DNA of 49,971 nt, filler included, from Bipalium vagum (Eukaryota): assembly GCA_037834085.1 (NCBI GenBank). It is 3 parts of 3 records of this genome, joined end to end, with 100 filler letters (N's around TTAATTAATTAA, not from the genome) between each part and the next. Parts side by side here need not be neighbours in the genome. Positions count along the whole stretch, not along the records: positions 33,141 to 49,971 come from JBBMKC010091404.1; 2 more parts are not named here. The stretch is one strand, 5' to 3'. The position numbers were made by a program, and so were the translations under genes. The notes below the pieces were generated by a model. It worked only from the letters and a program-made list of their open reading frames with translations. It ran no database searches and was not told the DNA's origin. Within the stretch, counting starts at the first letter, position 1, and every line of letters starts with the position of its first letter. Shown here piece after piece: positions 39,780-49,971 of the stretch.

Positions 39780-40280
39780 GTAATGAAGACTAGTTAAATT
39801 TCACAAGTTTTTCATCCATGATAATGCATTGCTGATTTTTGGTTAAGTCAGTTTTATAATCCGAAGTTTCACAGATTTTGCCTGCTTTGGACTTCGTTTT
39901 GGCGCTTTCTACTTCTTCTTAGTCTTGAATTCATTTCGTTTCTTAACATGCTGAACACTATCAACACTTGTTTTATACTTTCTCGAAATGAGGAACCAGG
40001 CATCTTTGTCACTGATGAACAGATGAAAGAATCCAACTTAACGTTGCTTGAATCTCAAGAAAAGCGGTTTTTTGCTTTTCTTTATATGAGAAATTATTAT
40101 ATTTCCTTATTTTATTGGAAACTGATTTCAGGATAACATTTTCGCGTTTCGGAATGCTATTACAGATATTCTATTTTCATTACTCCAAATGTCCACAATA
40201 CTTTTTCTCTGATCAGAATTAAGTCCTCAAATTTTAGTCAATAATAAATTTTTGGAAGAGGCTAGACTTGCTTCAAGTAA
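39780..40280 (-). mobile_element. DD37E (ITmD37E-like) Tc1-superfamily remnant
   Basis: Minus strand KAPKRSPKQAKSVKLR...QCIIMDEKLVK resembles K.PNR..KQ...AK.R...C.VMDDETYVK. Confidence 0.55.
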
Positions 40281-41029
40281 TATGTATTAACTTATATTTC
40301 AGTGTTACAATGCGAATGCTAACAGAAATTTAGTGCACAGGTTATTTCCATACCTTTCGATAGTATTTACTTTACTCAAAAAAATGGATCATAATTGTGA
40401 TTTCTTTTATCAAAATTCAAAAAGGGTAAAAGATCTGATTAATATTTAATTTAAAAATGGATTAAAGATTAAAGAAATGAAAAATTAAAATTATTGTGGT
40501 GGAAAAGGTTTTCAGAGATCACGCAAACGCCAGTAAGGGTTGAATGAAGTCAAATTAAATTCCATAGTAATCTAATTAGAGATTTCTGAATTATATAATA
40601 TACACAGATAAGATCACCAATTTCTTCACAGGAAAAAAGTTAAAGATCAATAAGAAAAAGTACAAAAAAGTATAGGGTGACAATTATAGGTAAACAGTTA
40701 AAGTAATAAAACCGATGTTCATAACCAAAGACTTAAGATTTATCAAGACCGATAAGCTGGTTCAAAGTCATTTTGGTATAATTATTAGATAATTTATAAA
40801 GATGTCATAATATCGACTTAGAAGCACCGTTTAAGGAAGAAGTAAAAGAATTTAAAAATTTTTATATTTATAATTCAGAAAAAACGGATGAAAATAATCT
40901 TATTTTTTAATTGTTTTTATTAAATAAAACCACCACTATCTAATTTTGTACATAAAGTTCATCATTAATAGATTGGTTAAGGTCTAGAACTCGAACCACA
41001 AAATTTTTAGGAAACAATTATATGAAAAT

Positions 41030-41520
41030 CACGTTCTTCTGATAATTGTGAACCAGTCACCATCTGTCGACACCCAGCTTATCCTGTTGAGAAGATAAAT
41101 GACCACTTTACGTCCATTTTTCGTCCACCATCACAATATCAATTTTCAGACTTCTAAGCAATTTTTTTGCTAGTTTTACTCTCTGAACCTTGTGATTCTC
41201 TGTCAATTGATTAGGAACCAACCTTGCATAGTGGTACTTGAATAACAGTTTTCCATAAATAATGCTGAGATTATTGACAGCAAAGATTCCTCTAATGGAC
41301 ATCGTGCAATTATCGCAGTTATTTAACCTTCTGAAATTTTAAAATCTTTAGAAAATTTTCAAAAGTGTTTTTTTGAAAAACCCTATTTATCACATGGCTT
41401 TCTATTATTTCTCTCGGTTAATATTTATGTGACTTTCACATGTCTATTAAAATTTCAAAGAGGAAATTGCTTTTTAATTAATTTGATTTATCTCTGCCTT
41501 TGAATGAGTTTGCAAGTTTG
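41030..41520 (-). mobile_element. Mariner 5' fragment
   Basis: ARLVPNQLTENHKVQRVKLAKKLL...IVMVDEKW. Confidence 0.75.
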
Positions 41521-41589
41521 AAATGCTCTATTATAAATTCGTATTTTGATATCAACTAATCATAAGGAAAATAAATACAAAAAAATCAG

Positions 41590-42455
41590 AAATTTTTAAT
41601 TTTCTTTTATTAAAATAAATTCTTTTAATAAAAATTTTTAGAAAATTGATTTAATCATTAATATTTTACTGTCAAACAATATTTGTAAGTTTTGTTTAAA
41701 TAAACATATCAATGTATTTTTTTGAATCTATAATTATAGTAAAATGTATACAGACAAAATTGCAAGTCGAGGTTTGATCTGTCATTATTGGAAAGAGGAT
41801 TTACTATTTCAGCCACCACAATGACTATTTATGATATTGAAGTTGTTTCCTATAGCACAGTATCAGATTGGTTCAAAACTGATATACTAGTCTCAATGAA
41901 AAGCCTCACCAATGATAATTGAAAGGGTTCTACACGAAGCATTAATTAATCAGCCACATGCCTTTTCACGTGATTTATCTACGTTGATAGAATCATCGAA
42001 AGACATCATTAATCGACACCTCAGAAAACTTTTATACAACTATAAGCGAACTAGATTAGATCCACAGGAGTTATCGGAATGTCAGGATCAAAGGCGCTTG
42101 GAAATATGTAAAATTCTTTTTCAAAATTTTACAGATGTCAGCTTTTGTTGTCACATTGATATTACAGATTAAAAAATTTATTTTATTAAACATAGGAAAA
42201 GTAAATATTGGATGTTAAATAAAAACCTTCTTCAATAAGTTGTTCAAAACATTCAATATGGGTAAAAGATAATGATCTGTGTTTGGTGGAATTATGAAGG
42301 TGTAATTCATTTTGACTTTGTGGTAAAATGTTGTTCATAATAAGGATTCTTATATTTAAAAATAATAAACTGTTTTATTTTTTTTTATATATGCATTATA
42401 CTTGTAGTTTGTATGAATTTTGAATTTACGGAAACTTTTGATACAACCTATTAAT
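41590..42455 (+). mobile_element. Internally deleted mariner (same family as the 25985 element)
   Basis: MYTDKIASRGLICHYWK, VLHEALINQPHA, RLDPQELSECQDQRRLEIC, CVWWNYEGVIHF. Right TIR ACGGAAACTTTTGATACAACCTATTA. Confidence 0.88.
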
Positions 42456-42465
42456 ATAATATATA

Positions 42466-42728
42466 CAGTTGACTCTCGATATAACGAACTCCGATATAAC
42501 GAAGATCTCGATATAATATCCTGTGTGAAAAAAATGGTTGGCCGCACATCATATATATACAAATTAAACTTTGATACAGCAAATTTTGATATAACGAAAT
42601 TTTCGATGTAACGAAATTTTATGAAACATTTAAATTTACATAATATGTATACTTCGATTTAACGAAACTTTGATATAACGAAGTAATTTGATCGGTCCCT
42701 TGAAATTCGTAATACCGAGACTGAACTG
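42466..42728. mobile_element. pogo/Tigger-like MITE
   Basis: TA-flanked. TIRs CAGTTGACTCTCGATATAACGAA / TTCGTAATACCGAGACTGAACTG with repeated GATATAACGAA subterminal motifs. Non-coding. Confidence 0.88.
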
Positions 42729-42841
42729 TATATATGTAATAAAAATTTATAAAAAATTAATTAGTTAAATGATAATTTATTATTTACATTATTTATTTTA
42801 TGATTTTTGATTAATTTTATAAAACAGTTTTTGATTTTTAG

Positions 42842-43777
42842 AAACCTGAAGACCAAATTATCAATCCAAATTCAGTAGTGGTCCTGAAGATACACCCAAG
42901 CCTTTCAGACGGCATGAGCCTAATGAAGGTCTTAACAGAAATACTTAATGATAAATCGGAAATTGTAAATATAAAACCAAACGGTTATCGACGAAATTTT
43001 GCCTGTAAAATGACGAATGCCATTTTTTATTCCATCTATCTATTTGTGAAACTGTGGGGTTTCCAAAAACCCAAAACAGACATCTTTCATCAATCCAGCC
43101 ATGATTCACAAAATGAAGAGGATGATAAGAAGACCCCAAAAACCCAGTTTGTGTTTGGTAATTTCTCGTTGAAAGAAATTACCAGAATCAAACTAATCAC
43201 TAGGTCATCATTTAAGGAAGTGATTTTGTCTCTGTTGACCAGTGGAATCAAACATCATCATCATGTTCTTACAAAAACTGTTCACAACAAAGATGTGCCA
43301 TGTTTCTTAACAATTGATATGAGCCAAAATTCCCATCGATTAAAAAGCATTGAAAAAATCAGAAATGATATTTCATTTTATGACCTTGAACTTCCTTTAT
43401 CGTCAGAAGGCATTCTTCCTATAATGTGGTCGATCAAGGAACGTATGCAAGTCTTAAAAGCTTCTTCAAATTATGTATTTTTATACCTTTTGCCAAAAGT
43501 TTTATCTGCTATAACGTCCTCGGATAATATCAACAGATTCATGAAATATTATTATCAAAAATCAAAGATTATCATTTCATCATTGAGCGGTATATGGGAA
43601 CCGCTAAGAGTTAATGGAAACAAAGCGAATGTTCTTTTACTCTGGTTTCCAATATCTCAACTTGTTTCCATTTCCATAACAAGTTTCTCCTATAATGACC
43701 AAGTAACGATCTGCTTGAGAGGACACAATTCCAACTTGGTTGATCTTCAGGTTTTAATCAATTCCATTAGAATACAG
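42842..43777 (+). CDS. WS/DGAT-family gene, exon 2 (catalytic-motif region and C-terminal domain)
   Basis: In-phase acceptor. VVLKIHPSLSDGMSL at the HHxxxDG position, VILSLLTSGIK, NDISF..LELP, ISITSFSYNDQV. Donor at 43778. Confidence 0.9.
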
Positions 43778-43852
43778 GTTTCTTTTATCAAATCTTTTGA
43801 ATGTTAATATACTTTATTAAAGTTCCTCTGTTTTATTATACTGATTCTATTA

Positions 43853-44250
43853 TATTACATGCCCCGAAAAGAAATCGGCAATTTAATTAATTGCTTATGA
43901 ATAAGACTAGATTTAATTATTAGATCGTTATATAATCGATTATTTGCTTAAATAATATCGGTGGTAGATACATTTTTAAATATCAGAAAAACATGGATGC
44001 AAATAAGATACATATTAGACAGTTTCCTATATTAATTTTACCAGAGCTCTAGTGCAAGAGATAAAAGAAATCTATGGAAAAATCAATTGAGTAAGACCCA
44101 AAATATGGTTTATCGATTCAGGAATGGTGATAGAAGCCTGACAGATTCTTCGAAAACTGGTATAATCAATATCACTTATAACATAATAAATTATCAATAC
44201 AAATATAGTAACCCTTAACAATGGAAAACGCGTTGGTACTTAAAATTTTC
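43853..44250 (+). mobile_element. Mariner 5' fragment
   Basis: MDANKIHIRQ...AREIKEIYG...WF.RFRNGDRSLTD. Confidence 0.7.
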
Positions 44251-44259
44251 TTGGACTCA

Positions 44260-44800
44260 TAAAGTTTAACAGCTTTGATTATATCTTCCGTCATAGAATT
44301 TATGAAAAATATAGTGTACATGAAGTCAGACCTGAAGGATATTTTCATGTCTGGATTCTGAATTCAAGTCGAAGCATCTCTTGGGAAAATATATTGCGTA
44401 AATAAATCTTTGTAAAATATAATTTCAAGCTCTTCTCTGTTAGAACAAATTTCTAGGCTGAAAATACTTCGAATTTTAGGGTTTCTATACTACCGGAATA
44501 AACAAACTTGTTTCTCATTGATAAAAATGTATCCAATCAAAATCTTTTTACATCGATTAATAATTGTTTTGTTTTAATCGATTTCTAATATGTTAAACTT
44601 GACATTTTTAAAGGATCTTTGCAATTATTTTGAGATCAGTTATAAAATTTATGGAAAAAGCCGGCATTTCATATGGCAAGTCTAGTAACAGATTAAATGC
44701 TTGATCAAAAACAACATATTTTATTGATTTTCTGACAATTTTAAGGTGAAAATAATACATTTTATAAAAAAATATTGAAAATAATAGAAAAGTAAACAAA
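44260..44800 (-). mobile_element. Possible LINE reverse transcriptase remnant
   Basis: YVVFDQAFN resembles (F)VDFEKAFD. Very decayed. Confidence 0.3.
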
Positions 44801-44974
44801 AATGTATATTGTCCAGACTTACCAATATTTAATTGTCATCAAACTCAATGCATTGGAAATCTTATGAAATAATATATCTAATCATTCATCATTTGTATGA
44901 GATATTCTCTCACAAAAATGAAAGTTGACTTTAAATACATCAAGATATCATGATAATAGTGATCTTTTCTCTAG

Positions 44975-45094
44975 CTCAAACACTTAGTGAAACTGTTAGA
45001 AAACCGCCATATCCCGGGAGAAAAGTCGGACAGTATCAATTACCTTTTTGGTCTCAGTCAAAAGCTCGACGTTTCCTCTTTGACAACTGATCAG
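44975..45094 (+). CDS. WS/DGAT-family gene, probable exon 3
   Basis: Polypyrimidine-CTAG acceptor, 40 open codons LKHLVKLLENRHIPGE...LTTDQ, phase-0 GT donor. Confidence 0.7.
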
Positions 45095-45143
45095 GTTACT
45101 TGCTAGTCAACAGGAAATCGGAAAACTAATGGGCAATAATTAG

Positions 45144-45299
45144 ATTTTAGACATGTTAAATGATATTCAAATAAAAATCCGCAATCAAACCCATCATTCA
45201 GAGGAGGAAGTGGAGGAGATGAAGCTGAACTTTTCAATTCTCTTTTCCGTCCTTAAAGGCAAGCGGAAAGCAACAGAGAGCATCGTTGAGTTTGACGAA
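45144..45299 (+). CDS. WS/DGAT-family gene, probable exon 4 (coiled-coil-like tail); final exon unresolved
   Basis: 49-bp intron, then 52 open codons ILDMLNDIQIKI...EEEVEEMK...KGKRKATESIVEFDE and a GTAAAT donor. Confidence 0.6.
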
Positions 45300-45563
45300 G
45301 TAAATGTTTTTTTTGCATCATATTGATTTCATGAATGGAAAATCGCTATTGACCGTTTTAGTCAGTTCAAGCAAACATAATTTCAACAATTTTCTTTCTC
45401 TTTTTGTTTTAATTTTCAAAGAATTTTGGTATTTTAAGCTCGCTTTTCTCTCCTACAATTATTTTGAAGAAATGTTGCAAATTGTCCAACGTTTTCAAAG
45501 ACGATTTCTTTCTCGTTCCACTGACAGTACGAGGAGAGAATGTTGGTCACGTTTTCACATTAA

Positions 45564-46548
45564 TAATATGAAAACTGATTAAAAAAGAATAATATTTGTT
45601 TTTGTTTATATCAAACGTTTTAATTACACAGATTTAGCGATTTTTTTTCTTACTACCACTTTGTTTATATTTTTAAGATTGTTATTTTTTTTTATTTAGG
45701 CTTTTTTTATTTTTTGAAAAAATAATAGTTTTTGAAGTGATAACAATGATAATTTTCCACATAAGTAATTTGTTTTACTGAATTCATTATTTCCAACAAA
45801 ACTCGAATTTTATTCAATTAGTTCACTATTTAAATTACAATATTTTTCAGAAATTCTTTCGGAAATATTTATTTATTTATATTTCTCATAATAAATTCAC
45901 TTGATAAATTTTAATTAATACTTTCAATTTTATAGTTTTAATTAAATTATTTTTTTTAAGAAATATTAAGAAATTGAAAAATATAATTATATAATAATAA
46001 ATATGAAAATTTTTTAAAATAAAATTATATTATCTTTCTTTTTAACATATTTGAAACACTTTTATAATATAAAAACTGATTAAAAAAGAATAATATTTTT
46101 TTGTTTATATCAAACGATTTAATTATTACATTTAATTATTACGATTTAAATTAATTAATACATAGATTTAGCGATTTTTATTACCAGTTTGTTTATATTT
46201 TTAAGATTGTTAATTTTTTATTGTTTTGAAAAAATATTAGTTTTTGAAGTCATAACAATGATTATTTTCCATATAAATAATTTGTTTTACTGAACTCATT
46301 ATTTCGAACAAAACTCGAATTTTATTTAATTAATTTACCATTTTAATTATAATATTTTCACAGATATCATATTTATATATTTATATTTTTCTTAATATAT
46401 TGACTTAGTAAATTTTAATTAATATTTTCGATATTAAATTTTTAATTAAATTTTTTTTTAAGAAACATTAAGAAATTGAAATTTATAATTACATAATAAT
46501 AAATATTTTAAAAAATTAATTTTTCTTTTAATCATATTTCAACAAACA
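45564..46548. repeat. Diverged ~500-bp tandem duplication
   Basis: AAAACTGATTAAAAAAGAATAATAT, CAAAACTCGAATTTTAT and other blocks recur about 500 bp apart. Confidence 0.9.
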
Positions 46549-47536
46549 CAGATTTAATAATACCTAAGATACTCATTTTTTATTTTACTTTTGTTTAATA
46601 ATTTTAATTAAATTCAATATTTTTCAATAAAAACACAATTGTTTTAATGCATTTCTTAATTTTAAATTACAATAATTTATTTAAACAATAAAATAATATT
46701 TTATAGCATAAGTGTATTTCAATGTTATATTCTCCTTATAAAATATAGACCAGTTGAAATATTTATAGTGGTCTAAAGATTAATTTGTTCACTAACTTAA
46801 ACAAAAATATATAAATAATCAATAATGTCAAAGTTGATATTTCAGACGTGTTCTATATTTCAGTTAATAATTTTGATTTTATACTGACTTAAGAAATAAA
46901 TAACACTGAAAACGTTTTTTTGCAAAAAGAAAAATTAAATAAATAAATTAATCTTAATACTTTTTTAAATTAAAAGACAGCCTCCACATATTCGAGGCTC
47001 AACTAAAATAAATGGAACCCATCCCCATGTGGAAAGGCAGTTGCGATATTAGGTTTTGTATATATATTTCTGTCAGTTATCAGCAGTCTACCTTTGAAAA
47101 ATGTTCACAAATGTTTGTTTAATGAAGGGGCATATTCTGCCTTGTTAAGAGCAGAGCAAATTTCATTCAAAGAGAAATCCGATATCCATTGTAGCATTCT
47201 CTAATTTTCCCTTGTCTGAAATCTGAGAGAGCATCCCATTAAAATTAGAAAGTCTTTTCATCTGCAATGTATTCTCACACTTTAAGTACTTTTCATCAAA
47301 TCATTAAACTTTTCCCTTTTCAGTTTTACTTTTACTTTTTGGATTATTCAGCGATTTTTCTTTCTAGACTCACTTTTGCGACTTTTCTCCCTGAATTGAT
47401 TATGTTCAAACCAAGGAGAAAAATCACATTTATATCAATGAAAAGTGAACTTTTAGTGATATTTATATAATAAAAATTTTATTATTTATAATTTTCCACA
47501 AGATTTTAATTATGTATATATATTATATATATTATT

Positions 47537-48100
47537 CAGGTTGTTCCAAAACCAAGGAAAAAAGTAAATGATGAATAAAACAGACAAAAAATTATATTAT
47601 TAATGACAAATAATGTATTTAATAAGTCGAATACACTAATTCGTCCTATAACATGTTCTCAAAATGCTGTCCTTCAGCAGATAGCATCACATCAATTCTT
47701 CGTGAGAGGGACAATGTTGCAGTTTGTAGCTCTTTGGGAGTAAACCGGTAGCATTCTTTTTGTATTTGGTTTTCCAGTTCATAATATGTTTTGCTTCTTT
47801 GTAATGAAAAGCCGTTACCTTCAGTAAATATTAAAACAAATAACTGGTGTCAGGTTTGGTGAACAAGAAGGCCAATTTTTGGCACATCTTCTGGATATGA
47901 TCTTGTGCGGACCAAATGTCATTAAAAATTTTGGGACATCATTAGTATAATGTGGGATGCCCCATCCTGCATGGAGTACTTTGATTTCATTATTTTTTTT
48001 ATAAGTTCAGGCTGAACTACATTTTTCAACATGCCAAGATAAATATTTTTCTTTATTTCTATGTGACCTTGTGACATTTTGGGCTCTAAAATGATGATGA
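47537..48100 (-). mobile_element. 3' half of a maT/rosa-like (DDxD) transposon
   Basis: Minus strand YSMQDGAS(PH) and LTPV.CF. TIR-like CAGGTTGTTCCAAAACC. Confidence 0.65.
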
Positions 48101-48780
48101 GATTAAGAAGGTGAAGATTTGAAGATCATTTGTAATCAGATCTTATCATTATTATTTTTTATTTGATATTTCAGTGAAATATTAAAATTACTTTTCATAA
48201 TAATAATAATATGTATAAAAATTAACTATCCCCACAGCAGGATATTCGGTTATTTAGTAAATATTGAATATGGACAGTCATTTTAGATTGTCATTAGAAA
48301 TTTAATACTTTATTTTTAAATGTAAACAATGAAATATAAATAAAATTATGCTCTAAATGTTACAACAAATAAGTAAGAATTATTATATTTTATTGTTGTT
48401 TTCGTTGCTCGTTCCTCGTAAAAGTTTAATTACTTTTAATTAAATATATTTTCTTCTCCGTTATATTTGCGTAGGACTAAAAGTTGTTAATTATATTTTA
48501 GTTTGTACTGTGATGTCAATAAAAATAATTATGCGAATATTACTTAATTCAGGTCTTTGAGTATGACTTTTAGGGTTACTTTACATTAATAATAAATAAA
48601 AGTTAATTAATTAATTCTTCGGAAAATTAGATTGAAGATTATTCACTAACAAAATGATTTGTTAATAATTTGATATTAATTGGTTAAAATGATCGAAACC
48701 CTTTAATAATCATATAGAACGCTATTTATTTTGTTTCGGTACCCAGTTAGAAATATTATTTTTATTAGTTGAGAATTAAT

Positions 48781-48852
48781 CTGAGATATCGGGATTCGAA
48801 CAGGGATCTTTCACATGCGTATGTACTGCTCTGATCGCTCAACTGCATCCCA
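48781..48852 (-). pseudogene. tRNA-Ala(CGC)-like pseudogene / tRNA-derived repeat, copy 2
   Basis: Reverse complement TGGGATGCAGTTGAGCGATCAGAGCAGTACATACGCATGTGAAAGATCCCTGTTCGAATCCCGATATCTCAG has an intact B-box and aligns with copy 1. Confidence 0.75.
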
Positions 48853-49900
48853 CACTAACTTTCAATTAATCTCACAATATTAATAACAATATTAATAGAT
48901 AGATCAAAACGTGCTATATTTAAGAGATCCTCAGATCGTTCAGGTTTTCTGCTTGAAGGATTTGAGTATCTTGGAATAAATGTTTTTTTTTTGTGAGTTG
49001 GTGCCTTTTTTGTACTCAAATATGTTCACTTTTTAAAAGGATATTTGAATCCACGAGTCCCAAAATCAATGTATTAGGGGTTCTGTGATTCTGGCTTGGG
49101 AGAATGTTTGATTTTTATTTCCTTCTAATTGAACTTTTATATTATTTTATTATTAATAACGTTTCATAAATATTTTTAAAATAGAAAAAAAGTTTTGTTC
49201 TGCTAATGCAGAAAAGGACAAAAAGTGATTTCCTTCTATTTTTCGTTGAGTTTTCCTTGAATTTTAAGACAAAAGTTTTAATTTTATTTAAGCTAAATGT
49301 TATGTTCTCCAAAAATTGTGTTTCCATGGTTTTTGTAATGCTTGGGATAACAAATATTGCTTATTTTACTTTTTATTCTGACATTTTAATTGATTTGATA
49401 AGAATGTAAATACCGGTTGTATCAAAACCGAGGAAATAAACTTTTCGCCATTTTTGTATGTTAATACATTTGATTTAAATTCTTGTATACTTTTATAAAT
49501 TACATAAAAGTACGTTTTGTTTAAATGGATAAACGATGAGAAATATTTTAAATTTAGGTGTAAATATAGATTTGAAAATTGATTTAACTCGATGTTATCA
49601 TGGCAATGAATTTTCCCCTAAATTGCAATGGGCATATTGTTACTATTATACTAAAATGTAGAAATGTCCGATTGCCTGCTCGTGACTCACTTTTTGTAAC
49701 TCGTTGTGTTCGAAATCCCTCTCAACTCCTTTGAATGTAAAACACCTTACACTATACAGTATCCGCTCCCTTAATAACCAATTCAAAATATTTAAAATAA
49801 AACCTTATTTGTACTAACAATTAAAAATGTTAAATTGATCACAAAAGAACTGTTATTAAGGATAACTGAAATCCCGCTAATACTGAATTTAAATTTAAAT

Positions 49901-49901
<1 letters not shown>

Positions 49902-49971
<70 letters not shown>
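49902..49971. repeat. (TAA)n microsatellite at contig end
   Basis: Seen directly. Confidence 0.98.

Noticed and set aside
39948-40136. piggyBac-like PGIFVTDEQM ORF
   Set aside because: The opposite strand gives a longer DD37E-like match, so this is probably a shadow ORF.
33141-45299. CK1 and WS/DGAT nested in a GOGAT intron, or a metabolic gene cluster
   Set aside because: An artificial spacer separates them from GOGAT and no further GOGAT exons were found.
5747-49409. Many 60-125 aa ORFs rich in F/I/L/K/N (e.g. 5747, 10281, 10849, 15708, 23964, 47267, 49206)
   Set aside because: Their composition is what random AT-rich DNA or antisense TE shadows produce, with no motifs or splice support.

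Overview
Very AT-rich eukaryotic (animal) DNA. The intron sizes, (TAA)n microsatellites and mariner load suggest a planarian-like flatworm, which is an inference. The window is three contigs (1-17398, 17499-33040, 33141-49971) joined by identical artificial 100-nt spacers (N44-TTAATTAATTAA-N44), so adjacency across gaps is not evidence of linkage. Contig 1 holds the 3' exons of a calpain with degenerate EF-hands, and its large intron carries a near-intact hammerhead ribozyme. Contig 2 holds four internal exons of an NADH glutamate synthase that the ORF track missed. Contig 3 holds a complete tail-less casein kinase 1, a complete 89-aa secreted Cys/Gly/Ala-rich protein gene, and a WS/DGAT-family acyltransferase-like gene whose HHxxxDG motif reads HPSLSDG. 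Introns and intergenic DNA are full of decayed Tc1/mariner elements (one nested), a pogo-like MITE, LINE fragments and two copies of a tRNA-Ala-like repeat. All calls come from reading the sequence by eye; no searches were run.
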